A stretch of DNA of 64,000 bases, from NCBI GenBank assembly GCA_964057225.1, contig OZ059894.1:8246001-8310000 (forward strand), read 5' to 3'. Positions 1 to 11,495 of this stretch are shown piece after piece. How positions within the stretch are numbered: the first letter of the stretch is position 1; every line of letters starts with the position of its first letter. The stretch is from Auanema rhodensis (lineage: Eukaryota > Animalia > Nematoda). Under the pieces are notes generated by a model. That model ran no database searches. It worked only from the letters and a program-made list of their open reading frames with translations, and was not told the DNA's origin. A program made the position numbers and the translations under genes.

Positions 1-216
1 TAGTTCTCACTTCCAACATTTTAGGATCAAAGTCGAGAATGCGTTGTAATTGAGTGTTCTGCGAACAATTACGGTGGATGTCTGCTGCATTAACGACTGG
101 ACTACAAGAGTGAAAAGAAGTCCATCCGGATGTGTGTGTGTCCCATGTTGTGGGCGGGGCTTGTTCAGGCTCCCGCTATTTGAATAGCGCGCACATGTGT
201 GCTTGCAGATGTGACA

Positions 217-220
217 AGGC

Positions 221-256
<36 letters not shown>

Positions 257-271
257 GAGCCCACCCGGGAG
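217..271 (+). pseudogene. Truncated tRNA-Asn(GTT), nt 17-71
   Basis: AGGCAGCGCG...CCACCCGGGAG is identical to the array tRNA but lacks the 5' acceptor strand and most of the A box; TTTTT follows directly. Confidence 0.9.
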
Positions 272-1045
272 TTTTTCTACTGTTTGCCCATTAATAATTG
301 TTCGAACATTCATCGAACCAGCGATGGTGAATACTTGTCTAAATGTAAATTTTCCCTCCGGGGCCATCATTGCATACGATAAAACTCTTTCAAATAAGTT
401 ATCGTGACACATACATTACATTTATTAAGTTACCGTGACACATTATGCTTAGGCAAGGTATAATCGCTTCTAACAACATCAAATACAAGATGGTTGCGAA
501 TATATAGCGGGCACATTATTGAATACATTGTGTCTGTAGAGAGCGATCTCATCGCAAATGACACAATTATAGCGATATACGTGTCCCAACGATGAATGTA
601 GGAATCCTGAGAGTCGTTGTCAAAATGAAACTTTATCCATTGTACGCCGTGCGACCTATATCGAGAGAAGTTCACTCCTGTCAATTCCGAAAACTTTCCC
701 GATTGCTGGAACAAGACGATCGGATCAAATAATATTACTCCAGATGCCTTTTTCACGTTAGTATTTTCGAGCATTTTCAGTAAGTCGGCCGGAGAAATAT
801 CATAGATGGAATGAATAAACGTCATATACGGGGCTGTTATTTGACAATGTTGAGACATGTTCTTACAGGTATACATTTGGTCTCCTTTTAAAATCCTATC
901 GGAAATCTTAGTTCTCACTTCCAACATTTTAGGATCAAAGTCGAGAATGCGTTGTAATTGAGTGTTCTGCGAACAATTACGGTGGATGTCTGCTGCATTA
1001 ACGACTGGACTACAAGAGTGAAAAGAAGTCCATCCGGATGTGTGT
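272..1045 (-). pseudogene. Endogenous viral element: fragment of an alphavirus-supergroup (virga/tobamo-like) replicase methyltransferase/capping domain, disrupted
   Basis: Reading upstream of the 927 ATG in the same frame gives FHSCSPVVNAADIHR (HxCxP...DxxR motif). The ORF has FIHSIYDI and FHFDNDSQDSYIHRW. After the stop at 430 and a frame change, it continues as LFERVLSY...KFTFRQVF...VRTIINGQTV, which parallels tobamovirus replicase FVFTVLNH...SRVIINGVT. Boundary near 1045 is approximate. Confidence 0.85.
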
Positions 1046-1124
1046 GTGTCCCATGTTGTGGGCGGGGCTTGTTCAGGCTCCCGCTATTTGAATAGCGCGC
1101 ACATGTGTGCTTGCAGATGTGACA
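1045..1124. mobile_element. Probable LTR terminus fragment (...GATGTGACA) abutting tRNA-Asn nt 17; second copy ends at 216
   Basis: About 80 bp that is neither viral frame nor array sequence and ends in a canonical LTR-type terminus (TGTCAC on minus) exactly at the tRNA break. The other end is not visible. Confidence 0.5.
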
Positions 1125-1128
1125 AGGC

Positions 1129-1164
<36 letters not shown>

Positions 1165-1181
1165 GAGCCCACCCGGGAGCG
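1125..1181 (+). pseudogene. 5'-truncated tRNA-Asn (nt 17-73), first unit of the array
   Basis: Starts at AGGCAGC and continues into the normal array spacer. Confidence 0.9.
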
Positions 1182-1367
1182 AAATATTTTTGGTTTCCAC
1201 AGTTCCAATTAAGCGAAATTAAAATTTTAATTCATCTACTTACGATCTCATTCATAAATTTTCTAGAAGGATTGGATAAGATAGACCAGAACATCAGAAA
1301 ATATGGATCATTGACTGATCTAAAACAGAAGTAGAAACTTCACAAGTCTAGATTGTTAAGTATATGT

Positions 1368-1387
1368 GCTTCCGTGGCGCAATAGGC

Positions 1388-1423
<36 letters not shown>

Positions 1424-1440
1424 GAGCCCACCCGGGAGCG
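1368..1440 (+). tRNA. trnN-GTT: tRNA-Asn(GTT), representative copy
   Basis: 73 nt. Acceptor GCTTCCG/CGGGAGC, A box TGGCGCAATAGG, anticodon arm TTCGG-CTGTTAA-CCGAA, B box GGTTCGAGCC. No encoded CCA, no intron. Confidence 0.98.
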
Positions 1441-1445
1441 AAATA

Positions 1446-1450
1446 TTTTT
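1446..1450 (+). terminator. Pol III oligo-T terminator (representative; T4-T5 in each unit)
   Basis: TTTTT starts 6 nt after the tRNA 3' end. Confidence 0.85.
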
Positions 1451-1646
1451 GGTTTCCACAGTTCCAATTAAGCAAAATTAAAATTTTAATTCATCTACTT
1501 ACGATCTCATTCATAAATTTTCTAGAAGGATTGGATAAGATAGACCAGAACATCAGAAAATATGGATCATTGACTGATCTAAAACAGAAGTAGAAACTTC
1601 ACAAGTCTAGATTGTTGAGTATATGTGCTTCCGTGGCGCAATAGGC

Positions 1647-1682
<36 letters not shown>

Positions 1683-1905
1683 GAGCCCACCCGGGAGCGA
1701 AATATTTTTGGTTTCCACAGTTCCAATTAAGCGAAATTAAAATTTTAATTCATCTACTTACAATCTCATTCATAAATTTTCTAGAAGGATTGGATAAGAT
1801 ATACCAGAACATCAGAAAATATGGATCATTGACTGATCTAAAACAGAAGTAGAAACTTCACAAGTCTAGATTGTTGAGTATATGTGCTTCCGTGGCGCAA
1901 TAGGC

Positions 1906-1941
<36 letters not shown>

Positions 1942-2164
1942 GAGCCCACCCGGGAGCGAAATATTTTTGGTTTCCACAGTTCCAATTAAGCGAAATTAAA
2001 ATTTTAATTCCTCTACTTACGATCTCATTCATAAATTTTCTAGAAGGATTGGATAAAATAGACCAGAACATCAGAAAATATGGATCATCGACTGATCTAA
2101 AACAGAAGTAGAAACTTCACAAGTCTAGATTGTTGAGTATATGTGCTTCCGTGGCGCAATAGGC

Positions 2165-2200
<36 letters not shown>

Positions 2201-2435
2201 GAGCCCACCCGGGAGCGAAATATTTTTGGTTTCCACAGTTCCAATTAAGCTTCAAATCAAGCAAAATTAAAATTTTGATTTATCTACTCACGATCTCATT
2301 CATAAATTTTCTAGAAGGATTGGATAAGATAGACCAGAACATCAGAAAATATGGATCATTGACTGATCTAAAACAGAAGTAGAACCTTCACAAGTCTAGA
2401 TTGTTGAGTATATGTGCTTCCGTGGCGCAATAGGC

Positions 2436-2471
<36 letters not shown>

Positions 2472-2706
2472 GAGCCCACCCGGGAGCGAAATATTTTTGG
2501 TTTCCACAGTTCCAATTAAGCTTCAAATCAAGCAAAATTAAAATTTTGATTCATCTACTCACGATCTCATTCATAAATTTTCTAGAAGGATTGGATAAGA
2601 TAGACCAGAACATCAGAAAATATGGATCATTGACTGATCTAAAACAGAAGTAGAACCTTCACAAGTCTAGATTGTTGAGTATATGTGCTTCCGTGGCGCA
2701 ATAGGC

Positions 2707-2742
<36 letters not shown>

Positions 2743-2977
2743 GAGCCCACCCGGGAGCGAAATATTTTTGGTTTCCACAGTTCCAATTAAGCTTCAAATC
2801 AAGCAAAATTAAAATTTTGATTTATCTACTCACGATCTCATTCATAAATTTTCTAGAAGGATTGGATAAGATAGACCAGAACATCAGAAAATATGGATCA
2901 TTGACTGATCTAAAACAGAAGTAGAACCTTCACAAGTCTAGATTGTTGAGTATATGTGCTTCCGTGGCGCAATAGGC

Positions 2978-3013
<36 letters not shown>

Positions 3014-3251
3014 GAGCCCACCCGGGAGCGAAATATTTTTGGTTTCCACAGTTCCAATTAAGCTTCAAATCAAGCAAAATTAAAATTTTAATTCATCTAC
3101 TTACAATCTCATTCATAAATTTTCTAGAAGGATTGGATAAGATAGACCAGAACATCAGAACATATGGATCATTGACTGATCTAAAACAGAAGTAGAAACT
3201 TCACAAGTCTAGATTGTTGAGTATATGTGCTTCCGTGGCGCAATAGGCAGG

Positions 3252-3284
<33 letters not shown>

Positions 3285-3507
3285 GAGCCCACCCGGGAGC
3301 GAAATATTTTTGGTTTCCACAGTTCCAATTAAGCGAAATTAAAATTTTAATTCATCTACTTACAATCTCATTCATAAATTTTCTAGAAGGATTGGATAAG
3401 ATATACCAGAACATCAGAAAATATGGATCATTGACTGATCTAAAACAGAAGTAGAAACTTCACAAGTCTAGATTGTTGAGTATATGTGCTTCCGTGGCGC
3501 AATAGGC

Positions 3508-3543
<36 letters not shown>

Positions 3544-3766
3544 GAGCCCACCCGGGAGCGAAATATTTTTGGTTTCCACAGTTCCAATTAAGCGAAATTA
3601 AAATTTTAATTCCTCTACTTACGATCTCATTCATAAATTTTCTAGAAGGATTGGATAAAATAGACCAGAACATCAGAAAATATGGATCATCGACTGATCT
3701 AAAACAGAAGTAGAAACTTCACAAGTCTAGATTGTTGAGTATATGTGCTTCCGTGGCGCAATAGGC

Positions 3767-3802
<36 letters not shown>

Positions 3803-4025
3803 GAGCCCACCCGGGAGCGAACTATTTTTGGTTTCCACAGTTCCAATTAAGCAAATATAAAATTTTAATTCATCTACTTACGATCTCATTCATAAATTTT
3901 CTAGAAGGATTGGATAAGATAGACCAGAACATCAGAAAATATGGATCATTGACTGATCTAAAACAGAAGTAGAAACTTCACAAGTCTAGATTGTTGAGTA
4001 TATGTGCTTCCGTGGCGCAATAGGC

Positions 4026-4061
<36 letters not shown>

Positions 4062-4284
4062 GAGCCCACCCGGGAGCGAAATATTTTTGGTTTCCACAGT
4101 TCCAATTAAGCGAAATTAAAATTTTAATTCATCTACTTACAATCTCATTCATAAATTTTCTAGAAGGATTGGATAAGATATACCAGAACATCAGAAAATA
4201 TGGATCATTGACTGATCTAAAACAGAAGTAGAAACTTCACAAGTCTAGATTGTTGAGTGTATGTGCTTCCGTGGCGCAATAGGC

Positions 4285-4320
<36 letters not shown>

Positions 4321-4543
4321 GAGCCCACCCGGGAGCGAAATATTTTTGGTTTCCACAGTTCCAATTAAGCGAAATTAAAATTTTAATTCCTCTACTTACG
4401 ATCTCATTCATAAATTTTCTAGAAGGATTGGATAAAATAGACCAGAACATCAGAAAATATGGATCATCGACTGATCTAAAACAGAAGTAGAAACTTCACA
4501 AGTCTAGATTGTTGAGTATATGTGCTTCCGTGGCGCAATAGGC

Positions 4544-4579
<36 letters not shown>

Positions 4580-4814
4580 GAGCCCACCCGGGAGCGAAAT
4601 ATTTTTGGTTTCCACAGTTCCAATTAAGCTTCAAATCAAGCAAAATTAAAATTTTGATTTATCTACTCACGATCTCATTCATAAATTTTCTAGAAGGATT
4701 GGATAAGATAGACCAGAACATCAGAAAATATGGATCATTGACTGATCTAAAACAGAAGTAGAACCTTCACAAGTCTAGATTGTTGAGTATATGTGCTTCC
4801 GTGGCGCAATAGGC

Positions 4815-4850
<36 letters not shown>

Positions 4851-5073
4851 GAGCCCACCCGGGAGCGAAATATTTTTGGTTTCCACAGTTCCAATTAAGC
4901 GAAATTAAAATTTTAATTCATCTACTTACGATCTCATTCATAAATTTTCTAGAAGGATTGGATAAGATAGACCAGAACATCAGAAAATATGGATCATTGA
5001 CTGATCTAAAACAGAAGTAGAACCTTCACAAGTCTAGATTGTTGAGTATATGTGCTTCCGTGGCGCAATAGGC

Positions 5074-5109
<36 letters not shown>

Positions 5110-5344
5110 GAGCCCACCCGGGAGCGAAATATTTTTGGTTTCCACAGTTCCAATTAAGCTTCAAATCAAGCAAAATTAAAATTTTGATTTATCTACTCAC
5201 GATCTCATTCATAAATTTTCTAGAAGGATTGGATAAGATAGACCAGAACATCAGAAAATATGGATCATTGACTGATCTAAAACAGAAGTAGAACCTTCAC
5301 AAGTCTAGATTGTTGAGTATATGTGCTTCCGTGGCGCAATAGGC

Positions 5345-5380
<36 letters not shown>

Positions 5381-5615
5381 GAGCCCACCCGGGAGCGAAA
5401 TATTTTTGGTTTCCACAGTTCCAATTAAGCTTCAAATCAAGCAAAATTAAAATTTTAATTCATCTACTTACAATCTCATTCATAAATTTTCTAGAAGGAT
5501 TGGATAAGATAGACCAGAACATCAGAAAATATGGATCATTGACTGATCTAAAACAGAAGTAGAAACTTCACAAGTCTAGATTGTTGAGTATATGTGCTTC
5601 CGTGGCGCAATAGGC

Positions 5616-5651
<36 letters not shown>

Positions 5652-6157
5652 GAGCCCACCCGGGAGCGAAATATTTTTGGTTTCCACAGTTCCAATTAAG
5701 CTTCAAATCAAGCAAAATTAAAATTTTAATTCATCTACTTACGATCTCATTCATAAATTTTCTAGAAGGATTGGATAAGATAGACCAGAACATCAGAAAA
5801 TATGGATCATTGACTGATCTAAAACAGAAGTAGAAACTTCACAAGTCTAGATTGTTGAGTATATGTGCTTCCGTGGCGCAATAGGCAGCGCGTTCGGCTG
5901 TTAACCGAAAAGTTGGTGGTTCGAGCCCACCCGGGAGCGAAACATTTTTGATTTCCACAGTTCAAATTAAGCTTCAAATTGAGCGAAATTAAAATTTTAA
6001 TTCATCTACTTACGATCTCATTCATAAATTTTCTAGAAGGATTGGATAAGATAGACCAGAACATCAGAAAATATGGATCATTGACTGATCTAAAACAGAA
6101 GTAGAAACTTCACAAGTCTAGATTGTTGAGTATATGTGCTTCCGTGGCGCAATAGGC

Positions 6158-6193
<36 letters not shown>

Positions 6194-6675
6194 GAGCCCA
6201 CCCGGGAGCGAAATACTTTTGGTTTCCACAGTTCCAATTAAGCGAAATTAAAATTTTAATTCATCTACTTACGATCTCATTCATAAATTTTCTAGAAGGA
6301 TTGGATAAGATAGACCAGAACATCAGAAAATATGGATCATTGACTGATCTAAAACAGAAGTAGAAACTTCACAAGTCTAGATTGTTGAGTATATGTGCTT
6401 CCGTGGCGCAATAGGCAGCGCGTTCGGCTGTTAACCGAAAGTTTGGTGGTTCGAGCCCACCCGGGAGCGAAATATTTTTGGTTTCCACAGTTCCAATTAA
6501 GCGAAATTAAAATTTTAATTCATCTACTTACGATCTCATTCATAAATTTTCTAGAAGGATTGGATAAGATAGACCAGAACATCAGAAAATATGGATCATT
6601 GACTGATCTAAAACAGAAGTAGAAACTTCACAAGTCTAGATTGTTGAGTATATGTGCTTCCGTGGCGCAATAGGC

Positions 6676-6711
<36 letters not shown>

Positions 6712-6934
6712 GAGCCCACCCGGGAGCGAAATATTTTTGGTTTCCACAGTTCCAATAAAGCAAAATTAAAATTTTAATTCATCTACTTACGATCTCATTC
6801 ATAAATTTTCTAGAAAGATTGGATAAGATAGACCAGAACATCAGAAAATATGGATCATTGACTGATCTAAAACAGAAGTAGAAACTTCACAAGTCTAGAT
6901 TGTTAAGTATATGTGCTTCCGTGGCGCAATAGGC

Positions 6935-6970
<36 letters not shown>

Positions 6971-7193
6971 GAGCCCACCCGGGAGCGAAATATTTTTGGT
7001 TTCCACAGTTCCAATTAAGCAAAATTAAATTTTTAATTCATCTACTTACGATCTCATTCATAAATTTTCTAGAAAGATTGGATAAGATAGACCAGAACAT
7101 CAGAAAATATGGATCATTGACTGATCTAAAACAGAAGTAGAAACTTCACAAGTCTAGATTGTTGAGTATATGTGCTTCCGTGGCGCAATAGGC

Positions 7194-7229
<36 letters not shown>

Positions 7230-7464
7230 GAGCCCACCCGGGAGCGAAACATTTTTGATTTCCACAGTTCAAATTAAGCTTCAAATTGAGCGAAATTAAA
7301 ATTTTAATTCATCTACTTACGATCTCATTCATAAATTTTCTAGAAGGATTGGATAAGATAGACCAGAACATCAGAAAATATGGATCATTGACTGATCTAA
7401 AACAGAAGTAGAACCTTCACAAGTCTAGATTGTTGAGTATATGTGCTTCCGTGGCGCAATAGGC

Positions 7465-7500
<36 letters not shown>

Positions 7501-7735
7501 GAGCCCACCCGGGAGCGAAATATTTTTGGTTTCCACAGTTCCAATTAAGCTTCAAATCAAGCAAAATTAAAATTTTAATTCATCTACTTACAATCTCATT
7601 CATAAATTTTCTAGAAGGATTGGATAAGATAGACCAGAACATCAGAAAATATGGATCATTGACTGATCTAAAACAGAAGTAGAAACTTCACAAGTCTAGA
7701 TTGTTGAGTATATGTGCTTCCGTGGCGCAATAGGC

Positions 7736-7771
<36 letters not shown>

Positions 7772-8006
7772 GAGCCCACCCGGGAGCGAAATATTTTTGG
7801 TTTCCACAGTTCCAATTAAGCTTCAAATCAAGCAAAATTAAAATTTTAATTCATCTACTTACGATCTCATTCATAAATTTTCTAGAAGGATTGGATAAGA
7901 TAGACCAGAACATCAGAAAATATGGATCATTGACTGATCTAAAACAGAAGTAGAAACTTCACAAGTCTAGATTGTTGAGTATATGTGCTTCCGTGGCGCA
8001 ATAGGC

Positions 8007-8042
<36 letters not shown>

Positions 8043-8277
8043 GAGCCCACCCGGGAGCGAAACATTTTTGATTTCCACAGTTCAAATTAAGCTTCAAATT
8101 GAGCGAAATTAAAATTTTAATTCATCTACTTACGATCTCATTCATAAATTTTCTAGAAGGATTGGATAAGATAGACCAGAACATCAGAAAATATGGATCA
8201 TTGACTGATCTAAAACAGAAGTAGAAACTTCACAAGTCTAGATTGTTGAGTATATGTGCTTCCGTGGCGCAATAGGC

Positions 8278-8313
<36 letters not shown>

Positions 8314-8795
8314 GAGCCCACCCGGGAGCGAAATACTTTTGGTTTCCACAGTTCCAATTAAGCGAAATTAAAATTTTAATTCATCTACTTACGATCTCAT
8401 TCATAAATTTTCTAGAAGGATTGGATAAGATAGACCAGAACATCAGAAAATATGGATCATTGACTGATCTAAAACAGAAGTAGAAACTTCACAAGTCTAG
8501 ATTGTTGAGTATATGTGCTTCCGTGGCGCAATAGGCAGCGCGTTCGGCTGTTAACCGAAAGTTTGGTGGTTCGAGCCCACCCGGGAGCGAAATATTTTTG
8601 GTTTCCACAGTTCCAATTAAGCGAAATTAAAATTTTAATTCATCTACTTACGATCTCATTCATAAATTTTCTAGAAGGATTGGATAAGATAGACCAGAAC
8701 ATCAGAAAATATGGATCATTGACTGATCTAAAACAGAAGTAGAAACTTCACAAGTCTAGATTGTTGAGTATATGTGCTTCCGTGGCGCAATAGGC

Positions 8796-8831
<36 letters not shown>

Positions 8832-9054
8832 GAGCCCACCCGGGAGCGAAATATTTTTGGTTTCCACAGTTCCAATAAAGCAAAATTAAAATTTTAATTC
8901 ATCTACTTACGATCTCATTCATAAATTTTCTAGAAAGATTGGATAAGATAGACCAGAACATCAGAAAATATGGATCATTGACTGATCTAAAACAGAAGTA
9001 GAAACTTCACAAGTCTAGATTGTTAAGTATATGTGCTTCCGTGGCGCAATAGGC

Positions 9055-9090
<36 letters not shown>

Positions 9091-9313
9091 GAGCCCACCC
9101 GGGAGCGAAATATTTTTGGTTTCCACAGTTCCAATTAAGCAAAATTAAATTTTTAATTCATCTACTTACGATCTCATTCATAAATTTTCTAGAAAGATTG
9201 GATAAGATAGACCAGAACATCAGAAAATATGGATCATTGACTGATCTAAAACAGAAGTAGAAACTTCACAAGTCTAGATTGTTGAGTATATGTGCTTCCG
9301 TGGCGCAATAGGC

Positions 9314-9349
<36 letters not shown>

Positions 9350-9584
9350 GAGCCCACCCGGGAGCGAAATATTTTTGGTTTCCACAGTTCCAATTAAGCT
9401 TCAATTTGAGCAAAATTAAAATTTTAATTCCTCTACTTACGATCTCATTCATAAATTTTCTAGAAGGATTGGATAAAATAGACCAGAACATCAGAAAATA
9501 TGGATCATCGACTGATCTAAAACAGAAGTAGAAACTTCACAAGTCTAGATTGTTGAGTATATGTGCTTCCGTGGCGCAATAGGC

Positions 9585-9620
<36 letters not shown>

Positions 9621-9736
9621 GAGCCCACCCGGGAGCGAAATATTTTTGGTTTCCACAGTTCCAATTAAGCGAAATTAAAATTTTAATTCATCTACTTACG
9701 ATCTCATTCATAAATTTTCTAGAAGGATTGGATAAG

Positions 9737-10080
9737 CGTTCCGTTATGCTCCTGCGTCGATAATATAAACCATTGTAGTTTATACCATGACGCGAATAGT
9801 ATTCCTTGGTGTAGCGGTAGGAATACAGAGCATAAGGTCAATCATAAGATAAAAGAGAGAAAGATTTATTGGCATGAAACTACAACAATAATATACAAAG
9901 ATAAAGATACAATACAATAAGATAAATATAAGTATAAAGACTAAACTACAAGCCGTCCATGAGCTTGCTAAGAGGCGAACTCCCGACCAAGGGAACGAGG
10001 GAAGGCGGCGCCATTCCTCGGTCCTCTGGTGGTCTGGCTCTAACCCTTCAGCTACATATATGGGGAGTCCGAATGGAACG
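9737..10080 (-). repeat. 3' LTR (344 bp)
   Basis: Direct repeat of 13443-13786; termini CGTTCC...GGAACG. Confidence 0.95.
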
Positions 10081-10338
10081 TGCCCTTTTTCAAAGATTTT
10101 TCGCGTCCGCGCGATATAAAGAGTTTTTAGTGTATATGTAGCTGAGTTTTAGAGTCTAGGAGTTTACAAATAAATTTAAAAGTTTCAAAATCTACATGTA
10201 GAAAGATATATAAATAGTTTTAATAGGTTTCTTTATGGTATTAAGATAGAATTTGAATACAATAATAGGTTTTATGTTATTTTGTAACGGAGGATTAGAA
10301 AATAAATTTAGTCATTGTAGTACTGTAATAAAAAAAAA

Positions 10339-10820
10339 GGGGCTGGTATCGTTTCGCCCACCCCCCCCCCTAAGAGTTAACATTAGAGCGCATGCGTTTT
10401 TTACCTGAAAATAAAGAGTCTCATCTCTGCGAGTGGGAGTGCTCTCTCTGATACTTTTAATACTTTTAAGTTTTGTTGAAGCCCTCTCTATCTGGGGGGG
10501 ATACCCCCCCAGACCCCCCGGATTTGGGATAGAGCACTCCCGCTGGTTTATGCAAAGCTAGTGCGTGCCCAAAATGTTATCTTAGATCATGCGTTATTTA
10601 CTCGAAAATACAGTCTCATTTCTGCGAGTTTAATACTTTTAAATTTTGTTGAAGCTTTCTCTATCTGGGGGGGATACCCCCCCAGACCCCCCGGATCTGG
10701 GATAGAGCACTCCCGCTAGTTTATGCAAAGCTGGTGTGTGCCCAAAATGTTATAAGCGCGCTCTAATGTTAACTCTCTGATTATTAGGGGGGGGGGGGTG
10801 GGCGAAACAATACCAGCGCC
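10339..10820. mobile_element. Nested MITE / non-autonomous DNA transposon (possibly Merlin-like)
   Basis: Imperfect TIRs of about 50 bp (GGGGCTGGTATCGTTTCGCCCACCC.../...GGGTGGGCGAAACAATACCAGCGCC), A8 on both flanks (possible 8-bp TSD), and an internal diverged direct repeat (about 10391-10580 / 10588-10753). Confidence 0.8.
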
Positions 10821-11210
10821 AAAAAAAATTCTTTGTTTCATGAATGTGTGATTTATGTGAGACACTAAGGAATTATTAAACATTTCGGTTACATGGTTAC
10901 TCGTATCCTAATGATGATGGGGATAATTTTAGTTAATAATTTACTCGTCTCCATATGTCTCTCTGAATGAATCCTTGAGTACTAATGGAGGCTACCACTC
11001 AGATGGGGTGTGGCTTAGGCGCCTGCCAATGTTCGTCTCTTCCTGGAGATACATATGGAGCTCAGTTTAGCGCAAAATTTTATCTCTATCGGTCGTATAG
11101 GATTACGGTAGCCATTTATTTCTATTATATTTTCACTTATTCCTTATTTTTGGTTGTTTACTCACTTAATCTCTCATCAAAAAGTTTTCTAATTCACCGT
11201 TACTTTCCTT

Positions 11211-11495
11211 TTACAATTTACAGAAAAGAAAAGAATGTATATAAAAATTTTTTCTGTCGTCGGCTTTGATGAAGTCCGGATCTTCGTAGGTGTCGTCAGA
11301 AGGTGAATATGTTCCTTCTCGGGGAGTATAAAACTGGTCGACTTGCGGCTTCGGCTTCTCGGCTGGTTGGTGCGGTTTTTCTATTTGAACACTAAGAAGT
11401 CGGGTACGGCTTCTGCGACGACTTGCGACAGTAGCGTCACTGTTGGTATCGGACGAGTAAAGGGCTCGGAAAACCGATGAGAATCTTTTGGCCAC
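11211..11495 (-). pseudogene. Remnant of the polyprotein N-terminus (gag leader)
   Basis: VAKRF...DQFYTPREGTYSP...EDPDF aligns with VDKRF...DKFFTPRAGTYSP...SDEDY of the 2894-aa ORF. Confidence 0.8.

Larger units (their letters stand above)
1..1179. repeat. 908-bp tandem unit (RNA-virus fragment + LTR-like end + 3' part of tRNA-Asn); about 1.3 copies visible, probably continuing left of the window
   Basis: Bases 1-271 recur at 909-1179 (offset 908), and I see no differences between the copies. Confidence 0.93.
1368..9637 (+). tRNA. trnN-GTT: Block of 32 tRNA-Asn(GTT) genes
   Basis: Manual count of unit starts from 1368 to 9565. Confidence 0.95.
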
